Assembly (NCBI GenBank): GCA_963769315.1
Contig: CAVYLG010000003.1
Coordinates: 938,397 to 1,002,396 of the forward strand
DNA from: Candidatus Omnitrophota bacterium
GTDB taxonomy: Bacteria; Omnitrophota; Gorgyraeia; Zapsychrales; Fredricksoniimonadaceae
Direction: 5' to 3'
Length of the DNA stretch: 64,000 nucleotides
Part shown: one piece after another, positions 27,813 through 37,975 of the stretch
Position numbering within the stretch: position 1 is the stretch's first letter
Layout of the letters: each line of letters starts with the position of its first letter
Program-made: the position numbers and the translations under genes
The notes under the pieces: model-generated
What the model saw: the letters and a program-made list of their open reading frames with translations, nothing else
Database searches by the model: none
Told to the model about the DNA's origin: nothing

Positions 27813-28526
27813 ATGGCTACCACAGACTTAGTCACATTCTTTTTAAGTATTTTCTTACTCCTGCGGGGAGCCTCACGCGGATTTATGAATTCTTTGTTAG
27901 GCCCTTTCTCTATTATAGCCGCCACTATCATCAGTATCATTTATTATCAAAACACCAAAGAATTGATCATAAGCTTAATTATAGGATTGGTCGGCCCTTT
28001 TCTTTTGCACTTTATTTTAAGATTTTTTCTTAAAACATGGGCCGTGGCCACCAATACAGATATAAAACCAGGTTTTGTAAGCCGCTTGGGAGGGGCGATC
28101 CTGACCTTAATCTGGGGTTGGGTATTTATAATCCTTTTCTTGATCATGTTAGCGGTATTGCCTCCTTTGGGGGGAAATTTGACAGCTGTACATAACGATG
28201 TAACGCGGTCAAGGTCTTATTCCATCGCCAAGCCTTTGCAAGATATTTTTTTTGCTGCTCCGCAAAAAAATGTCACCGCTACAACCAACGTTCCCAGCTT
28301 TGATGCAAAATCATTAGCAGAAGACCCGCGCTTCCAGAAAATCCTGCAGGACCCCGAAATCCAAAAAGAAATTAACGAACATGACATCGTCAAATTGATG
28401 AGCAACCCTAAAATGATTGAATTAACCAACCAGATCATGAGTGACCCCGCCACATTGAAAAAGGTCATGGCTATCTACAGCCACAGTCAAACACAAACGC
28501 AGGAAAACTCGGTAAATGCAGATTAA
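27813..28526 (+). CDS. CvpA-family membrane protein with C-terminal helical DP/STI1-like repeats
   Basis: The N-terminus, ...DLVTFFLSIFLLLRGASRGFMNSLLGPFSIIAA..., and four TM segments fit CvpA (colicin V production protein family). The C-terminal ~80 aa reads ...DPRFQKILQDPEIQKEINEHDIVKLMSNPKMIELTNQIMSDPATLKKVMAIY. Confidence 0.6.
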   Translation: MATTDLVTFFLSIFLLLRGASRGFMNSLLGPFSIIAATIISIIYYQNTKELIISLIIGLVGPFLLHFILRFFLKTWAVATNTDIKPGFVSRLGGAILTLIWGWVFIILFLIMLAVLPPLGGNLTAVHNDVTRSRSYSIAKPLQDIFFAAPQKNVTATTNVPSFDAKSLAEDPRFQKILQDPEIQKEINEHDIVKLMSNPKMIELTNQIMSDPATLKKVMAIYSHSQTQTQENSVNAD

Positions 28527-28562
28527 AAGACCGGGGGTTTATTCAATGTCCTTCCCGAGAGC

Positions 28563-29699
28563 TCAATTAAATAAGCGTATTTGTTTATCTTGAGTGTTGG
28601 GAACATCTGTGAGTGTCCGGCGAGCAACTGCGAGTGTCCGACATGAGGACCATGAGGACCGAAATGATACCGCGGATAAATGAACTCGCCCACGGGGGAA
28701 ATGCGCGCATTTAACCCCCATATCGAAAATATCCCTGATATGTTTTGCAAACAATCCCGTGCCGCTCATGCGTGACCCCCAACCTGAATCATATAGTGCC
28801 CCGTTGTGCAATTCGCGGATACGATTAAGTATTTTGTTTTTGCGCTCAGGGAAATATTCGATAAGCCAGCGCTCAAAGATGTCCTTAACAGCGTAAGGCA
28901 AACGCAAGACTGTATACCCGGCCCCCTGGGCACCGGCTTGGGCTGCAGCTTTGAGGATGGAAGGGATCTCATGGTCGGTCAAACCCGGAACAATGGGTGC
29001 CACACTGACTGTCACCGGGATACCTGCCTTGGCTAATTCTTCAATGGCCTTGAGGCGATTGGCCGGCGTTGAAGCGCGCGGTTCCATCACACGGGCCAGG
29101 CGAAGATCCAAGGTAGTGATTGAAATTGCCACGCAAACGCCGTCATACTGAACCATTGATTTAAAGATATCAATATCGCGGGTAACTAATTTATTTTTCG
29201 TGATAAGACCCACGGGATTTTGAAAATCCATCAGCACCTGCAGGCATTGGCGGGTGATTTGAAATTGACGCTCAAAAGGCTGATAGCAATCCGTGACCCC
29301 GCTCATGACAATGACCTGCGGTTTCCATTTAGTTGATGCCAATTCTTTACGTAATAATAAGGGTGCTTCGGTCTTTACAAAAATGATGGCTTCGAAATCA
29401 CTGCCTAAAGAAAGGCCAAAATATTCATGGGTAGGTCTGGCATAACAATAAACACAACCATGCTCACAGCCACGATAAGGATTAAGGCTTGCTTCATAAC
29501 CAATGTCCGGACTGTCATTGTAGCTGATGATGGATTTAGAAGTGTCTTTATAAAATTCTGTTTTGGGTGAAGGATATTCTTCTTCCGCACCATAAGATGC
29601 TGAAGACTCCTCATCACGTTCAAAGGAAATTTTTTCAAAACGATTAGCAGGGTTGATCAGCGCCCCGCGATGGGGTGGGCTTTTGTAAGGAATAACCAT
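28563..29699 (-). CDS. PA0069-family radical SAM protein
   Basis: 378 aa starting ...RGALINPANRFEKISFE..., with the cluster motif CEHGCVYCYARP. The last ~35 codons (...SSWSSCRTLAVARRTLTDVPNTQDKQIRLFN*) are read through repeat copy C, so the native C-terminus is uncertain. Confidence 0.8.
   Translation of the reverse strand: MVIPYKSPPHRGALINPANRFEKISFERDEESSASYGAEEEYPSPKTEFYKDTSKSIISYNDSPDIGYEASLNPYRGCEHGCVYCYARPTHEYFGLSLGSDFEAIIFVKTEAPLLLRKELASTKWKPQVIVMSGVTDCYQPFERQFQITRQCLQVLMDFQNPVGLITKNKLVTRDIDIFKSMVQYDGVCVAISITTLDLRLARVMEPRASTPANRLKAIEELAKAGIPVTVSVAPIVPGLTDHEIPSILKAAAQAGAQGAGYTVLRLPYAVKDIFERWLIEYFPERKNKILNRIRELHNGALYDSGWGSRMSGTGLFAKHIRDIFDMGVKCAHFPRGRVHLSAVSFRSSWSSCRTLAVARRTLTDVPNTQDKQIRLFN
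28601..28660 (-). repeat. ~60-nt repeat, copy C (inverted relative to copy A)
   Basis: The reverse complement is GGTCCTCATGGTCCTCATGTCGGACACTCGCAGTTGCTCGCCGGACACTCACAGATGTTC. It lies inside the 3' end of the radical SAM ORF. Confidence 0.8.
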
Positions 29700-29710
29700 A
29701 AACGAAATTC

Positions 29711-29739
29711 TTGACAGGGCAACATTTGTTCAGTAATGT
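29711..29739 (+). promoter_or_regulatory. Candidate sigma70-type promoter for the GT-C/TPR gene cluster
   Basis: TTGACA (29711-29716), 17-nt spacer, TAATGT (29734-29739), about 100 nt upstream of ATG 29841. Pattern match only. Confidence 0.35.
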
Positions 29740-29840
29740 CATTGATATATATTTTTACCACAGATCCTAAGGGAAAACCACAATTAAAAATATCCCTTAA
29801 AACATTATTTTTAACAAAGTCCCCATAGATATTCTCCCCT

Positions 29841-31943
29841 ATGCCGACAGAAACCCTAAAACGAAATCCCTCTTTTTTCCTGTTAATTTTCGTTTATCTT
29901 TGGATCATCCCTCACTGCCTTTCTTATCAAAACGCCTGGGTCGAACCGGAACAATTCCATATCAAATCTTCTATTCTAAAAACAGGCACTCATTTAAACC
30001 TTAAAGATATAAAACAGGGTTTATTCTGGCAATTTTTTGAATATAAACCCCGTTGCACCCGTCCGCTGTCTTCTTATTTCGAAATCATCGATACAAAATT
30101 CCGTTGCTGGCTTTGGCATTACATCATGCCTCATCCCAGTCTATCCCTAACTTGGGTTTTTTCCCTGATTTTGGCCCCTCTTTTTTTATACCGATTACTA
30201 AAGAATCTTGATACTAATTCGAATTTATCCCAGGCCATGGTGGCCTTCTTTCTTGCGACACCCGGGATCCTCAGTCATGAGGTGATGTTGTTCAGGCCGG
30301 CCAAACCGATGGCAAATTTTTTTATCATTTTTTGTTTATACCTGGCCTCAACGTTAAAAAAAGAATTTTTAGATACCGGCAAAACTATCCCGACAATAAA
30401 ATTTTTGATATTCTGGATTATCACCGCCTGTTCATTTTATTGGGACGAAACCGCACTATTGATTTTCCCGGCGGTCCTTTTTATTTTCCCTTCAATATTC
30501 AAACGAAAATCATTTTTGTTTTTTTGGTTTCTTTTGCCTCTGATCACTTTAATAGCCTATTTAGAAATCATCCCTTATTTGTGCATGTTAGCAGGACATG
30601 ACTGGCCGCACTTATTAAAATATGACCTTATCCAATCCCTTGGCCAAGCTGGGACCATCCATCACTCAACCAAATACCTGGGAGCGAATGCCCGGAATTT
30701 GATTTTGGAGACGATGGGCATGTTTTCTTTTTCACACTCGGCTCCTAAATCAATCATCATATCCATGGCTTTAGCCGTAATTTCCTGGATAACGATCTTG
30801 TTTTATGCTTTAAAAATAAAAAAAGAGTTTGACCCCCTGATCCTATTTCTTCTTTTTCTCCTGTTTGTATTTAACGCCATATTGTCCGTCACCATGGCTG
30901 TATGGGGGCCGTACTATTACGGTTCGTTCTGGTCAATATTTTTCGTAATATTCCTATCAAAACATATCGGAAAATCGAATGTGCCCCAATTTGTCCTCTC
31001 TATTTGTTTCTTTTTTATCATCATCAGCGCCACCAATTGTTTTATCGGCACCAATATCATTTATAAAAAATACCATTGGTACCCCTATAACCCCGATACT
31101 ATCGAAGATTATTTTAAAGGAACAAGGCTTTTTTTTGATAAACGGGATGCCCCCGTTTTCCCTGGTAAAGACATCAGGTCGACTATCTATAAATATTGGA
31201 GCCAGGTGAAAAATGGAAAAAATATAGAATCATTGTCACTCCCCAGGGAATTAGGCTGGCTGCCTATTGAGCTTGAACCGGCAAAGTTCTATTTGAGATT
31301 TATTCCGGGGGGTATATTAAAAAGCGACTTTCAGGCCTATTTTAGTGACGGGGCTGAAATTCTTGATTGGTTGGTCCAAAAAGGTTATTTGGTAAAATAT
31401 CCTCAAGAAAATTATTTCATAAAAGAAGATCTCAATACCACTATTACAAACGGATTAAAAGAAAATTACCCTGATCGGTGGGGAAAAATCTTAGCCGTTT
31501 TACAGGAAGCCCAATCAAGGAAGCCGTACTTTTATATTTACACAGATCCCGGATTAGCAGAAACCTATAATAACCGCGGGAATGCCTACTACATGCAAGG
31601 CAATCTCACCCAGGCTATTTACGAATATACCAAGGCCGTTGAACTTAAACCTGACTTAGAAGACGCCTATTACAACCTTGGCCTTATTCACTACAAACAA
31701 GGTAACCTAATCCAAGCTATCTCTAATTATAACAAAGCCATTGAAATAAACCCTAAAGATATAGAGTGCTACAACGACCGCGCTATTATCTATTATCAAC
31801 TAAAAGAATACGACAACGCTTGGGGTGATGTGCGAACATTGCAAAAGTTAGGAGCCGCTGCTAATCCAAAACTCATTAGCGCGCTAAAGCAAGTTTCGCC
31901 CCCCCCTGCTGAATTCTCTGGTCTGACGGGAGGGAATAAATGA
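29841..31943 (+). CDS. Polytopic membrane protein (GT-C-like glycosyltransferase candidate) with C-terminal TPR domain, paralogue A
   Basis: 700 aa: about 400 aa with 10 or more TM helices, a soluble linker, then TPR repeats (...AETYNNRGNAYYMQGNLTQAIYEYTKAVELKPDLEDAYYNLGLIHYKQGNL...). The C-terminus is paralogous to the next two genes. Confidence 0.6.
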   Translation: MPTETLKRNPSFFLLIFVYLWIIPHCLSYQNAWVEPEQFHIKSSILKTGTHLNLKDIKQGLFWQFFEYKPRCTRPLSSYFEIIDTKFRCWLWHYIMPHPSLSLTWVFSLILAPLFLYRLLKNLDTNSNLSQAMVAFFLATPGILSHEVMLFRPAKPMANFFIIFCLYLASTLKKEFLDTGKTIPTIKFLIFWIITACSFYWDETALLIFPAVLFIFPSIFKRKSFLFFWFLLPLITLIAYLEIIPYLCMLAGHDWPHLLKYDLIQSLGQAGTIHHSTKYLGANARNLILETMGMFSFSHSAPKSIIISMALAVISWITILFYALKIKKEFDPLILFLLFLLFVFNAILSVTMAVWGPYYYGSFWSIFFVIFLSKHIGKSNVPQFVLSICFFFIIISATNCFIGTNIIYKKYHWYPYNPDTIEDYFKGTRLFFDKRDAPVFPGKDIRSTIYKYWSQVKNGKNIESLSLPRELGWLPIELEPAKFYLRFIPGGILKSDFQAYFSDGAEILDWLVQKGYLVKYPQENYFIKEDLNTTITNGLKENYPDRWGKILAVLQEAQSRKPYFYIYTDPGLAETYNNRGNAYYMQGNLTQAIYEYTKAVELKPDLEDAYYNLGLIHYKQGNLIQAISNYNKAIEINPKDIECYNDRAIIYYQLKEYDNAWGDVRTLQKLGAAANPKLISALKQVSPPPAEFSGLTGGNK

Positions 31944-31946
31944 CCT

Positions 31947-34020
31947 ATGCATAATTCCCCCACCGCTTCTTTGCGATCAATTATTTTATTTTTATTGTTT
32001 TTCTTCATTATCGCAGTGGTTTACTCGCCTGTTTTATATTTTGACTACCTTTTTCACGACGATTGTTGCTTTTGGGTTAAATTGAAAGAATATGGATTTA
32101 AATATTACGCGCATGATTTACTGATAGCCTATTGCAGGTTTGGGCTGGCTTGGCTGTTTGATCTAGAGCATTTCTTTGTCCATAAAATTTTAGATTTAAA
32201 ATTTTTAAGGTTTTTAGCAATCGTGATATCCAGCGGTAATGCTTTCTTTTTATTGAAACAAATGCGTCGATTGTCCTTTTCAGACGTCCGGGCATTTTTA
32301 GTGATTTCAGCCATGTTTTTTCTGCCGGGATTTGCGGAAACATTTTTTTACGCTTCTACTTTTGCCCTCGTTGTAACTTTCTCACTGGCTTGCTGGTCAT
32401 TCCACAGAATCGAAACTGGCAAGGGAATGGTTATTCCCATCTTTTCTTTCCTGCTTGCTATTACAATTTATCCATCGGTCGCCATGTTTTATTGGACAAT
32501 GACAGGCCTGTACATCTTGTTTGTCCCTGACCGATTCAGCGTTCTGTTTAGAAGAAATATATTTCGTCTTATGGTTGCGGGGTTACTGGGGCTTTTGATT
32601 TATGCAATTTTGGTTTTCTTAATGCACTATTTCTTTTCATCAAAAATAGGAAATTCTTTACATAATCCATATGTCATTAGCTCCGACTGGCCCAGTAAAT
32701 TACAATGGTTTTTCCAAGAGCCGATAGGAAATGCCCTGAATTTATGGAACATATTCCCCCAAGTGATCACGTCGATTATTGTTTCAGGATTTATTCTCTT
32801 TACCGCTTTGCTGGTCCTAACAAAAAAACTTCATCCGCCATAAACTCCCTAAAAGGAAAGGCATTGCTTTAACTTACCTTAGGCATCTGTGCCTCTTCAT
32901 TTTTGTTTTCTTACTGACTTTTTTGCCCAATTTAGCCGCCCAAAAAAATGCAGCGTTTTATCGTTGTTTGATTCCTTTAACTTCTTTGATTTGGTTTGCC
33001 TTGGTTTGGGCAATATTTAAATGGATGGACAGCCTTCCCAAAATATTAGCCAGATGGGGTGTGCTTGCTTTATTATCAATCATTGTTTTCTGGGCGGGAA
33101 TAAAGACCTTCGATAATGTCTTGTATTACCGGGTCTTGCCTAGTCATGTTGAATTCAACGCCTATAAATCCATGGCAGAAGAAATTCGTTCTAAAAAAAT
33201 AGATGCCATTCATATTTTACTGCCCTATCATTGCTCCATTGAACGTTATGATGAATTTGTTGTCTTGTCATCGCATTATTTATTTGATATTTATCATTTA
33301 ATTTATTGTGCATTTAAAGAAGCGGGCGGCACAGACCAACCGTTTCCTTTGGTCTATGTATCATTTCCGGGTGATGATAGGCTGTTTAAATTGGAAGAAA
33401 TTTATTTCCAAAAACTGACTAACGGAAAGTGGGTTTTCAAAGTCAACCATAGGGACGGGCAGTTTCATGAGTACAACCATTCAGGAAGGACCACGTTAGA
33501 CCGCGGACTAACCAATTTTTTGGCCCTTCAAAAAATACCGTCTAAAAGACAAAATTGGTATACTTTAAACATTAACGAAATCTTCAGCCCCTTGAATTAT
33601 AATAACTTAATTACTAAAACAAAAATGAGGTCTGCTGTTAAAATGACAATTGAAATAGATCCAAATTATGCAAAAGCTTATATGAACCGCGGCAATATTA
33701 ACTTCCAACAAAACCATTTCAACCAAGCCATATCCGATTATAACAAGGCCATTGAACTTAAACCTGACTTTGAAGAGGCTTATTACAATCTTGCTTTTTC
33801 ATTTTATAAAGCAGGAAACTTAAATCAAGCTGTCTCAAATTATACTAAAGCTATTGAAATAAACCCTAAAGATACCGCATGCTATAATGACCGCGCTATT
33901 ATTTATTATCAATTAAAAGAATATGACAACGCTTGGGACGATGTGAGAACATTGCAAAAGTTAGGAACCGCTGTTAATCCTACACTCCTTAACGCGCTTA
34001 AGCAGGTTTCGCAACATTAA
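31947..34020 (+). pseudogene. Polytopic membrane protein plus C-terminal TPR domain, paralogue B; single frame interruption at an A7 run
   Basis: Track ORFs 31947..32843 (membrane part, ...YFDYLFHDDCCFW...) and 32923..34020 (TM segments plus TPR) join into one ~690-aa protein if the run 32822-32828 is A6. The downstream frame is open from 32821 onward (...KNFIRHKLPKRKGIALTYLRHLCLFIFVFLLTFLPNLAAQ...). Confidence 0.7.
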
Positions 34021-34069
34021 AGCAGTTCCCCTCCCCCCGAAGAGGAGGGAATAAAATGAAAAGAAAATA

Positions 34070-35683
34070 ATGCCCAATTTCCGTATATTAATCTCCTTAA
34101 TGCTCTGCGGGTTGGCGCTGTATTGGGTTGTGTTACATAACGCATCTTTTTATTTTGATGACAGGACTGCCATAGTCAATAATGAAGTCGTCAAAAAAAT
34201 CGACATCCCAAGGATTTTTAACTCCTTTAACACAAGATTTTTGGTGGGGTTAAGTTTTGCGGCCAACTATCACTGGTGTGGTTTAAATCCTTTCGGTTAT
34301 CGAATAATTAACCTTCTTATTCATTGCCTTAATGCCTTCCTGGTTTATTTACTGGTAAAAACCACCTTGTATTTATATTCAGAACGTCGACGAATACTTA
34401 ATAGTCGTTTAGAATGGGCCTCATTTTTTGCATCGCTGTTATTTTTATGCCACCCCATTCAAACAGAACCGGTTAACTCTATTACTCAGCGTTTTGTGTT
34501 GATGGGAACATTTTTCTACCTGTTGACATTATTGTTCTATATTCAATACAGATCCCTGTCCCAAAAAAGATACCTGATGGCCGGTTTGGGAACTGCCCTA
34601 GCGGCCATGTTTTGTAAAGAATTCGTAATCACCCTGCCGCTCATGCTCGCTTTGTATGATTTTTACTTCCTAGGGCCTTTAAAGGGAACAATTGCCAGAC
34701 GGTGTCGACACCTAGTCCCATTCTTTATTATAACGCTTATTGTCCCCCTTCTATTATTAAGAACGCCCCACCAAGCAGTAAGGGTGGCAAATATTGCAGA
34801 TTCTAATGCTGTCCACCAAATTGATATCACAAGGGCCAAAGGCGGCATCAGCCGACAGCAATATTTTTTAACCGAACTAAATGTCATGTGTACCTATGTC
34901 AGGCTGCTGTTTTTGCCTATCAACCAGAATTTCGATTACGATTATCCCCTCTCCCATAAAATGGATGGCAGGACATTACTATCAGGAATATTTTTGCTCT
35001 GCCTTTTAGCCATGGCGAAAGCAACGTACAAGTCACAACGCATTGTTTCATTTAGTATCCTGTGGTTTTTCATAACCTTAAGCGTGGAATCAAGTTTTAT
35101 CCCTATCGGGCATGTCATCGCTGAGTATCGTCTCTATTTGGCCAGTGTCGGTTTTGTTTTTTTAGTTACGGTCTTGATTTATACAAGACAGATAGACCCA
35201 AAAAAATTAAACTTGGTCGCGGCAGTGGTTCTTCTTGGTTTCTCGATTTTGACCTATCAAAGAAATCAAATTTGGAAAGATGAATTTACTTTATGGGATG
35301 ATGTGATCCAAAAATCTCCTTATAAGGCAAGGGCCTATCTTAATCGCGGCTTGGAATACTTTCGTCAAAACAAATTCACTGAAGCCATCTCTGACTTCAA
35401 TAAAACCATTACCATAGATCCCAAATCTGCCGCAGCCTACAACGATCTTAGCGTCTTATACGCATTAAAAGGAGACCCGGTTCAAGCCATGTCTGATTCT
35501 AATAAGGCCATCGAAATAAAACCTAACTATGCCGAAGCCTATAATAACCGGGCTTTAATCTATTATCAGTTAAAAGATTACAAAAGAACTTGGGAGGATG
35601 TGTATAGGGCGCAAGCTTTGGGAGCTACTGTTAATCCCCAACTCATCAATGCGCTTAAGAAAATAACAATTGAAGATCAATAA
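34070..35683 (+). CDS. TMTC/PMT-like GT-C membrane glycosyltransferase candidate with C-terminal TPR domain, paralogue C
   Basis: 537 aa. The N-terminus, ...HNASFYFDDRTAIVNNEVVKKI...GLNPFGYRIINLLIHCLNAFLVYLLV..., is typical of bacterial TMTC-like (DUF1736-containing) TPR proteins. TPR repeats occupy the C-terminus. Confidence 0.65.
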   Translation: MPNFRILISLMLCGLALYWVVLHNASFYFDDRTAIVNNEVVKKIDIPRIFNSFNTRFLVGLSFAANYHWCGLNPFGYRIINLLIHCLNAFLVYLLVKTTLYLYSERRRILNSRLEWASFFASLLFLCHPIQTEPVNSITQRFVLMGTFFYLLTLLFYIQYRSLSQKRYLMAGLGTALAAMFCKEFVITLPLMLALYDFYFLGPLKGTIARRCRHLVPFFIITLIVPLLLLRTPHQAVRVANIADSNAVHQIDITRAKGGISRQQYFLTELNVMCTYVRLLFLPINQNFDYDYPLSHKMDGRTLLSGIFLLCLLAMAKATYKSQRIVSFSILWFFITLSVESSFIPIGHVIAEYRLYLASVGFVFLVTVLIYTRQIDPKKLNLVAAVVLLGFSILTYQRNQIWKDEFTLWDDVIQKSPYKARAYLNRGLEYFRQNKFTEAISDFNKTITIDPKSAAAYNDLSVLYALKGDPVQAMSDSNKAIEIKPNYAEAYNNRALIYYQLKDYKRTWEDVYRAQALGATVNPQLINALKKITIEDQ

Positions 35684-35696
35684 GGGGTGGGATAAA

Positions 35697-36128
35697 TTAA
35701 GTCCCTGTAGAAGTCGTCACTGTTGTATTCGTACCGGTCCCGAGATTTAAACAATTCTGCGTGTCCTGGTTCAATTTCTGAAGAAAAGCTACCTTATCAC
35801 CTTGCTGTTTTGCTAAAAAAGACGCAAAGGTAGGATCTTCAACGGGCGGCGTTGGAAGGCCCGCCGTCGGTTTACCTGTCCGTTGCGCCATGTCTATGGC
35901 ATGCATGGCCGACCAATGCTTATCATGGCTGGCTAAAGCATTAGGGTTGGCTTTACCGAAAGCATCTCTTTCCTGAGCTTGTCCACTCCAAAAAGCGGTG
36001 TTTTCCGCACTTACCTGTTGAAGACAAGCCGCCACTTGAGGATTTACGACGGACGTTTGATTTGCCCCGTAAGAAATTGGAGGCAATAAAATTAACATGA
36101 AGAATGCCCCTAGAAGAATATTTTTCAT
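35697..36128 (-). CDS. Secreted hypothetical protein (143 aa)
   Basis: Signal peptide (MKNILLGAFFMLILLPPISYG-AN), a helical middle, and a Thr/Gly-rich tail. No family recognised. Confidence 0.5.
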   Translation of the reverse strand: MKNILLGAFFMLILLPPISYGANQTSVVNPQVAACLQQVSAENTAFWSGQAQERDAFGKANPNALASHDKHWSAMHAIDMAQRTGKPTAGLPTPPVEDPTFASFLAKQQGDKVAFLQKLNQDTQNCLNLGTGTNTTVTTSTGT

Positions 36129-36232
36129 ATAGTCCCCCTTGTTATATGAAAATTATAACAGACAATTTTAGTAAAAACGTCAATTTTTAAATTATTTTTT
36201 ACACCTTCCCAATACCGGGATGTAATGAAGAT

Positions 36233-37630
36233 TTATTTGCCTATACAAAATTCCGAGAAGATGCGGTCCAGCAGATCTTCATCGATATTGCGGCCGGTGA
36301 TGGCGTCAAGTTGATTACCCGCGGCTTTAATTTCTTCGGAAATAAATTCCAAAGAAACATTTTCTTTCATTAAGCGGCAGGCACTTTGCAAATTCTTTTG
36401 AGCTTCCTCTAAGGCCTTAATATGACGGATATTACTGATGAGGATGCCGTGGGTATCAAGATTTTTATCCTTACAGATTAAGTCAATGATCTTGGCCTCC
36501 AGATCATGGATAGATCGGTCTTGAAACGCCGAGACTTTTACAACATGATCTGATCCAAATATTCCCTTAGGAACTGTTATGTCTATCTGTCCGGGTAAAT
36601 CTATTTTATTAACCACCACCAAAACCCGGGCAGCTTTTAATTGTTCCAAAAGCAACCTATCCTCTTCTTCTAAAGGACGGCTATGGTCCAAAACCAAAAG
36701 CGCCAAATCAGCACTTTTAATATAAAGATGACTGCGCTTGACCGCTTCTTCTTCGATCAAATCTCTGGGGCTAATAATACCCGCAGTGTCAACCAACGAA
36801 ATGGGGATGCCTTTAATATGTGCTGATTCTTCCAAAACATCACGGGTGGTGCCGGCAATATGGGTAACGATGGCCCGCTGTTCTTTGAGCAACGCGTTAA
36901 GCAAGGAAGACTTTCCCACATTGGGTTTGCCGCATAAGACAATGCGGATACCTTCCTTCAAAATACGGCCGCTCTCAGAGCTCTCCAAAAGTTTAGCCAC
37001 TCCCATTTCTTGAACACTGAGGCGGTTTAATATTTGCTGGGAGCTTTGGGCATCAAGACCATCCTCAGGAAAATTAATCAAAGCTTCAACCATCGTATAA
37101 AGCTTTATCAATTCTTCCCGTATAAGATTCAGCTGGCTCGACAATTCACCTTTTAATTGGTAATGGCTCTGGCGTAAGAATATTTCGGTCTTAGCGTGGA
37201 TGATATCAATCACTGCTTCTGCCTGGGGCAAATCCATGCGGCCATGAAGGAACGCTCTTTTGGTAAATTCTCCCGGGGTTGCCAAGCGTGCCCCCGCGTT
37301 CAATACCGCATGAAGGACCGCCCCTAAGACAGTCATACCCCCATGGCAATTGATTTCAACGACATCTTCGGCTGTATAACTTTTAGGGGCCTTCATCAAA
37401 GCCACTAAAACCTCGTCGAGAATATTCCCGCTTTTAGCATCGATGACCCAGCCATAATTCACCGTATGACTTTTGCATTGGGCTAATGTCTTGCTCCCTT
37501 GAAGACGGAGAACGGTACCAGCTATGGCAATAGCTTCTTGGCCGCTAATGCGAATGATGCCGATCCCTCCCTGTCCTGCCGGGGTGGCGATCGCTGTGAT
37601 CGTGTCTTCCAAACCTTTATACTGATACAT
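36233..37630 (-). CDS. mnmE: tRNA modification GTPase MnmE (TrmE)
   Basis: Intact 465-aa ORF with the G-domain motifs GKPNVGKSSLLN, DTAG and NKIDL, and the characteristic C-terminal ...FCIGK. Confidence 0.95.
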   Translation of the reverse strand: MYQYKGLEDTITAIATPAGQGGIGIIRISGQEAIAIAGTVLRLQGSKTLAQCKSHTVNYGWVIDAKSGNILDEVLVALMKAPKSYTAEDVVEINCHGGMTVLGAVLHAVLNAGARLATPGEFTKRAFLHGRMDLPQAEAVIDIIHAKTEIFLRQSHYQLKGELSSQLNLIREELIKLYTMVEALINFPEDGLDAQSSQQILNRLSVQEMGVAKLLESSESGRILKEGIRIVLCGKPNVGKSSLLNALLKEQRAIVTHIAGTTRDVLEESAHIKGIPISLVDTAGIISPRDLIEEEAVKRSHLYIKSADLALLVLDHSRPLEEEDRLLLEQLKAARVLVVVNKIDLPGQIDITVPKGIFGSDHVVKVSAFQDRSIHDLEAKIIDLICKDKNLDTHGILISNIRHIKALEEAQKNLQSACRLMKENVSLEFISEEIKAAGNQLDAITGRNIDEDLLDRIFSEFCIGK

Positions 37631-37687
37631 CCCTCAACTCCCTTAATTATCTCCTAATAGGGGAAAATTTATTCTTTTCGCTCTCTT

Positions 37688-37716
37688 GTCATTCCCGAAT
37701 CTTTTTGTCAGGAATC
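37688..37716 (+). repeat. Short hairpin repeat, copy 2
   Basis: GTCATTCCCGAATCTTTTTGTCAGGAATC has the same arms as the copy at 3910-3933 and a different loop. Confidence 0.5.
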
Positions 37717-37975
37717 GGCATTGCCCCTCCTTGATGGAAGAAGTTAAATGGAGATGAAGCAACAAACGTCTGCTAAGCTCTTCGGGTCCTGTCCTCGAGT
37801 TTCCCCAAGCCGTTCTCCACCGCAATTTATACGAGAGTCCGAGCGGCTTGGGAGATACCCCTCTCTCGGCCACCCGACGATATGCTATTTAAGAATTCAA
37901 CCCTACACATATTAACTATTCATCTTTAACGAAATAAGCTCCAAATAATAAATTTATCTTTTATAATTCATGAGG

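Noticed and set aside
31947-34020. Two separate genes (298 aa membrane protein and 365 aa TPR protein) separated by an 80-nt spacer.
   Set aside because: The downstream frame is open across the whole spacer, back to an A7 run (32822-32828). One base fewer there joins them into a ~690-aa protein with the same architecture as the flanking paralogues.
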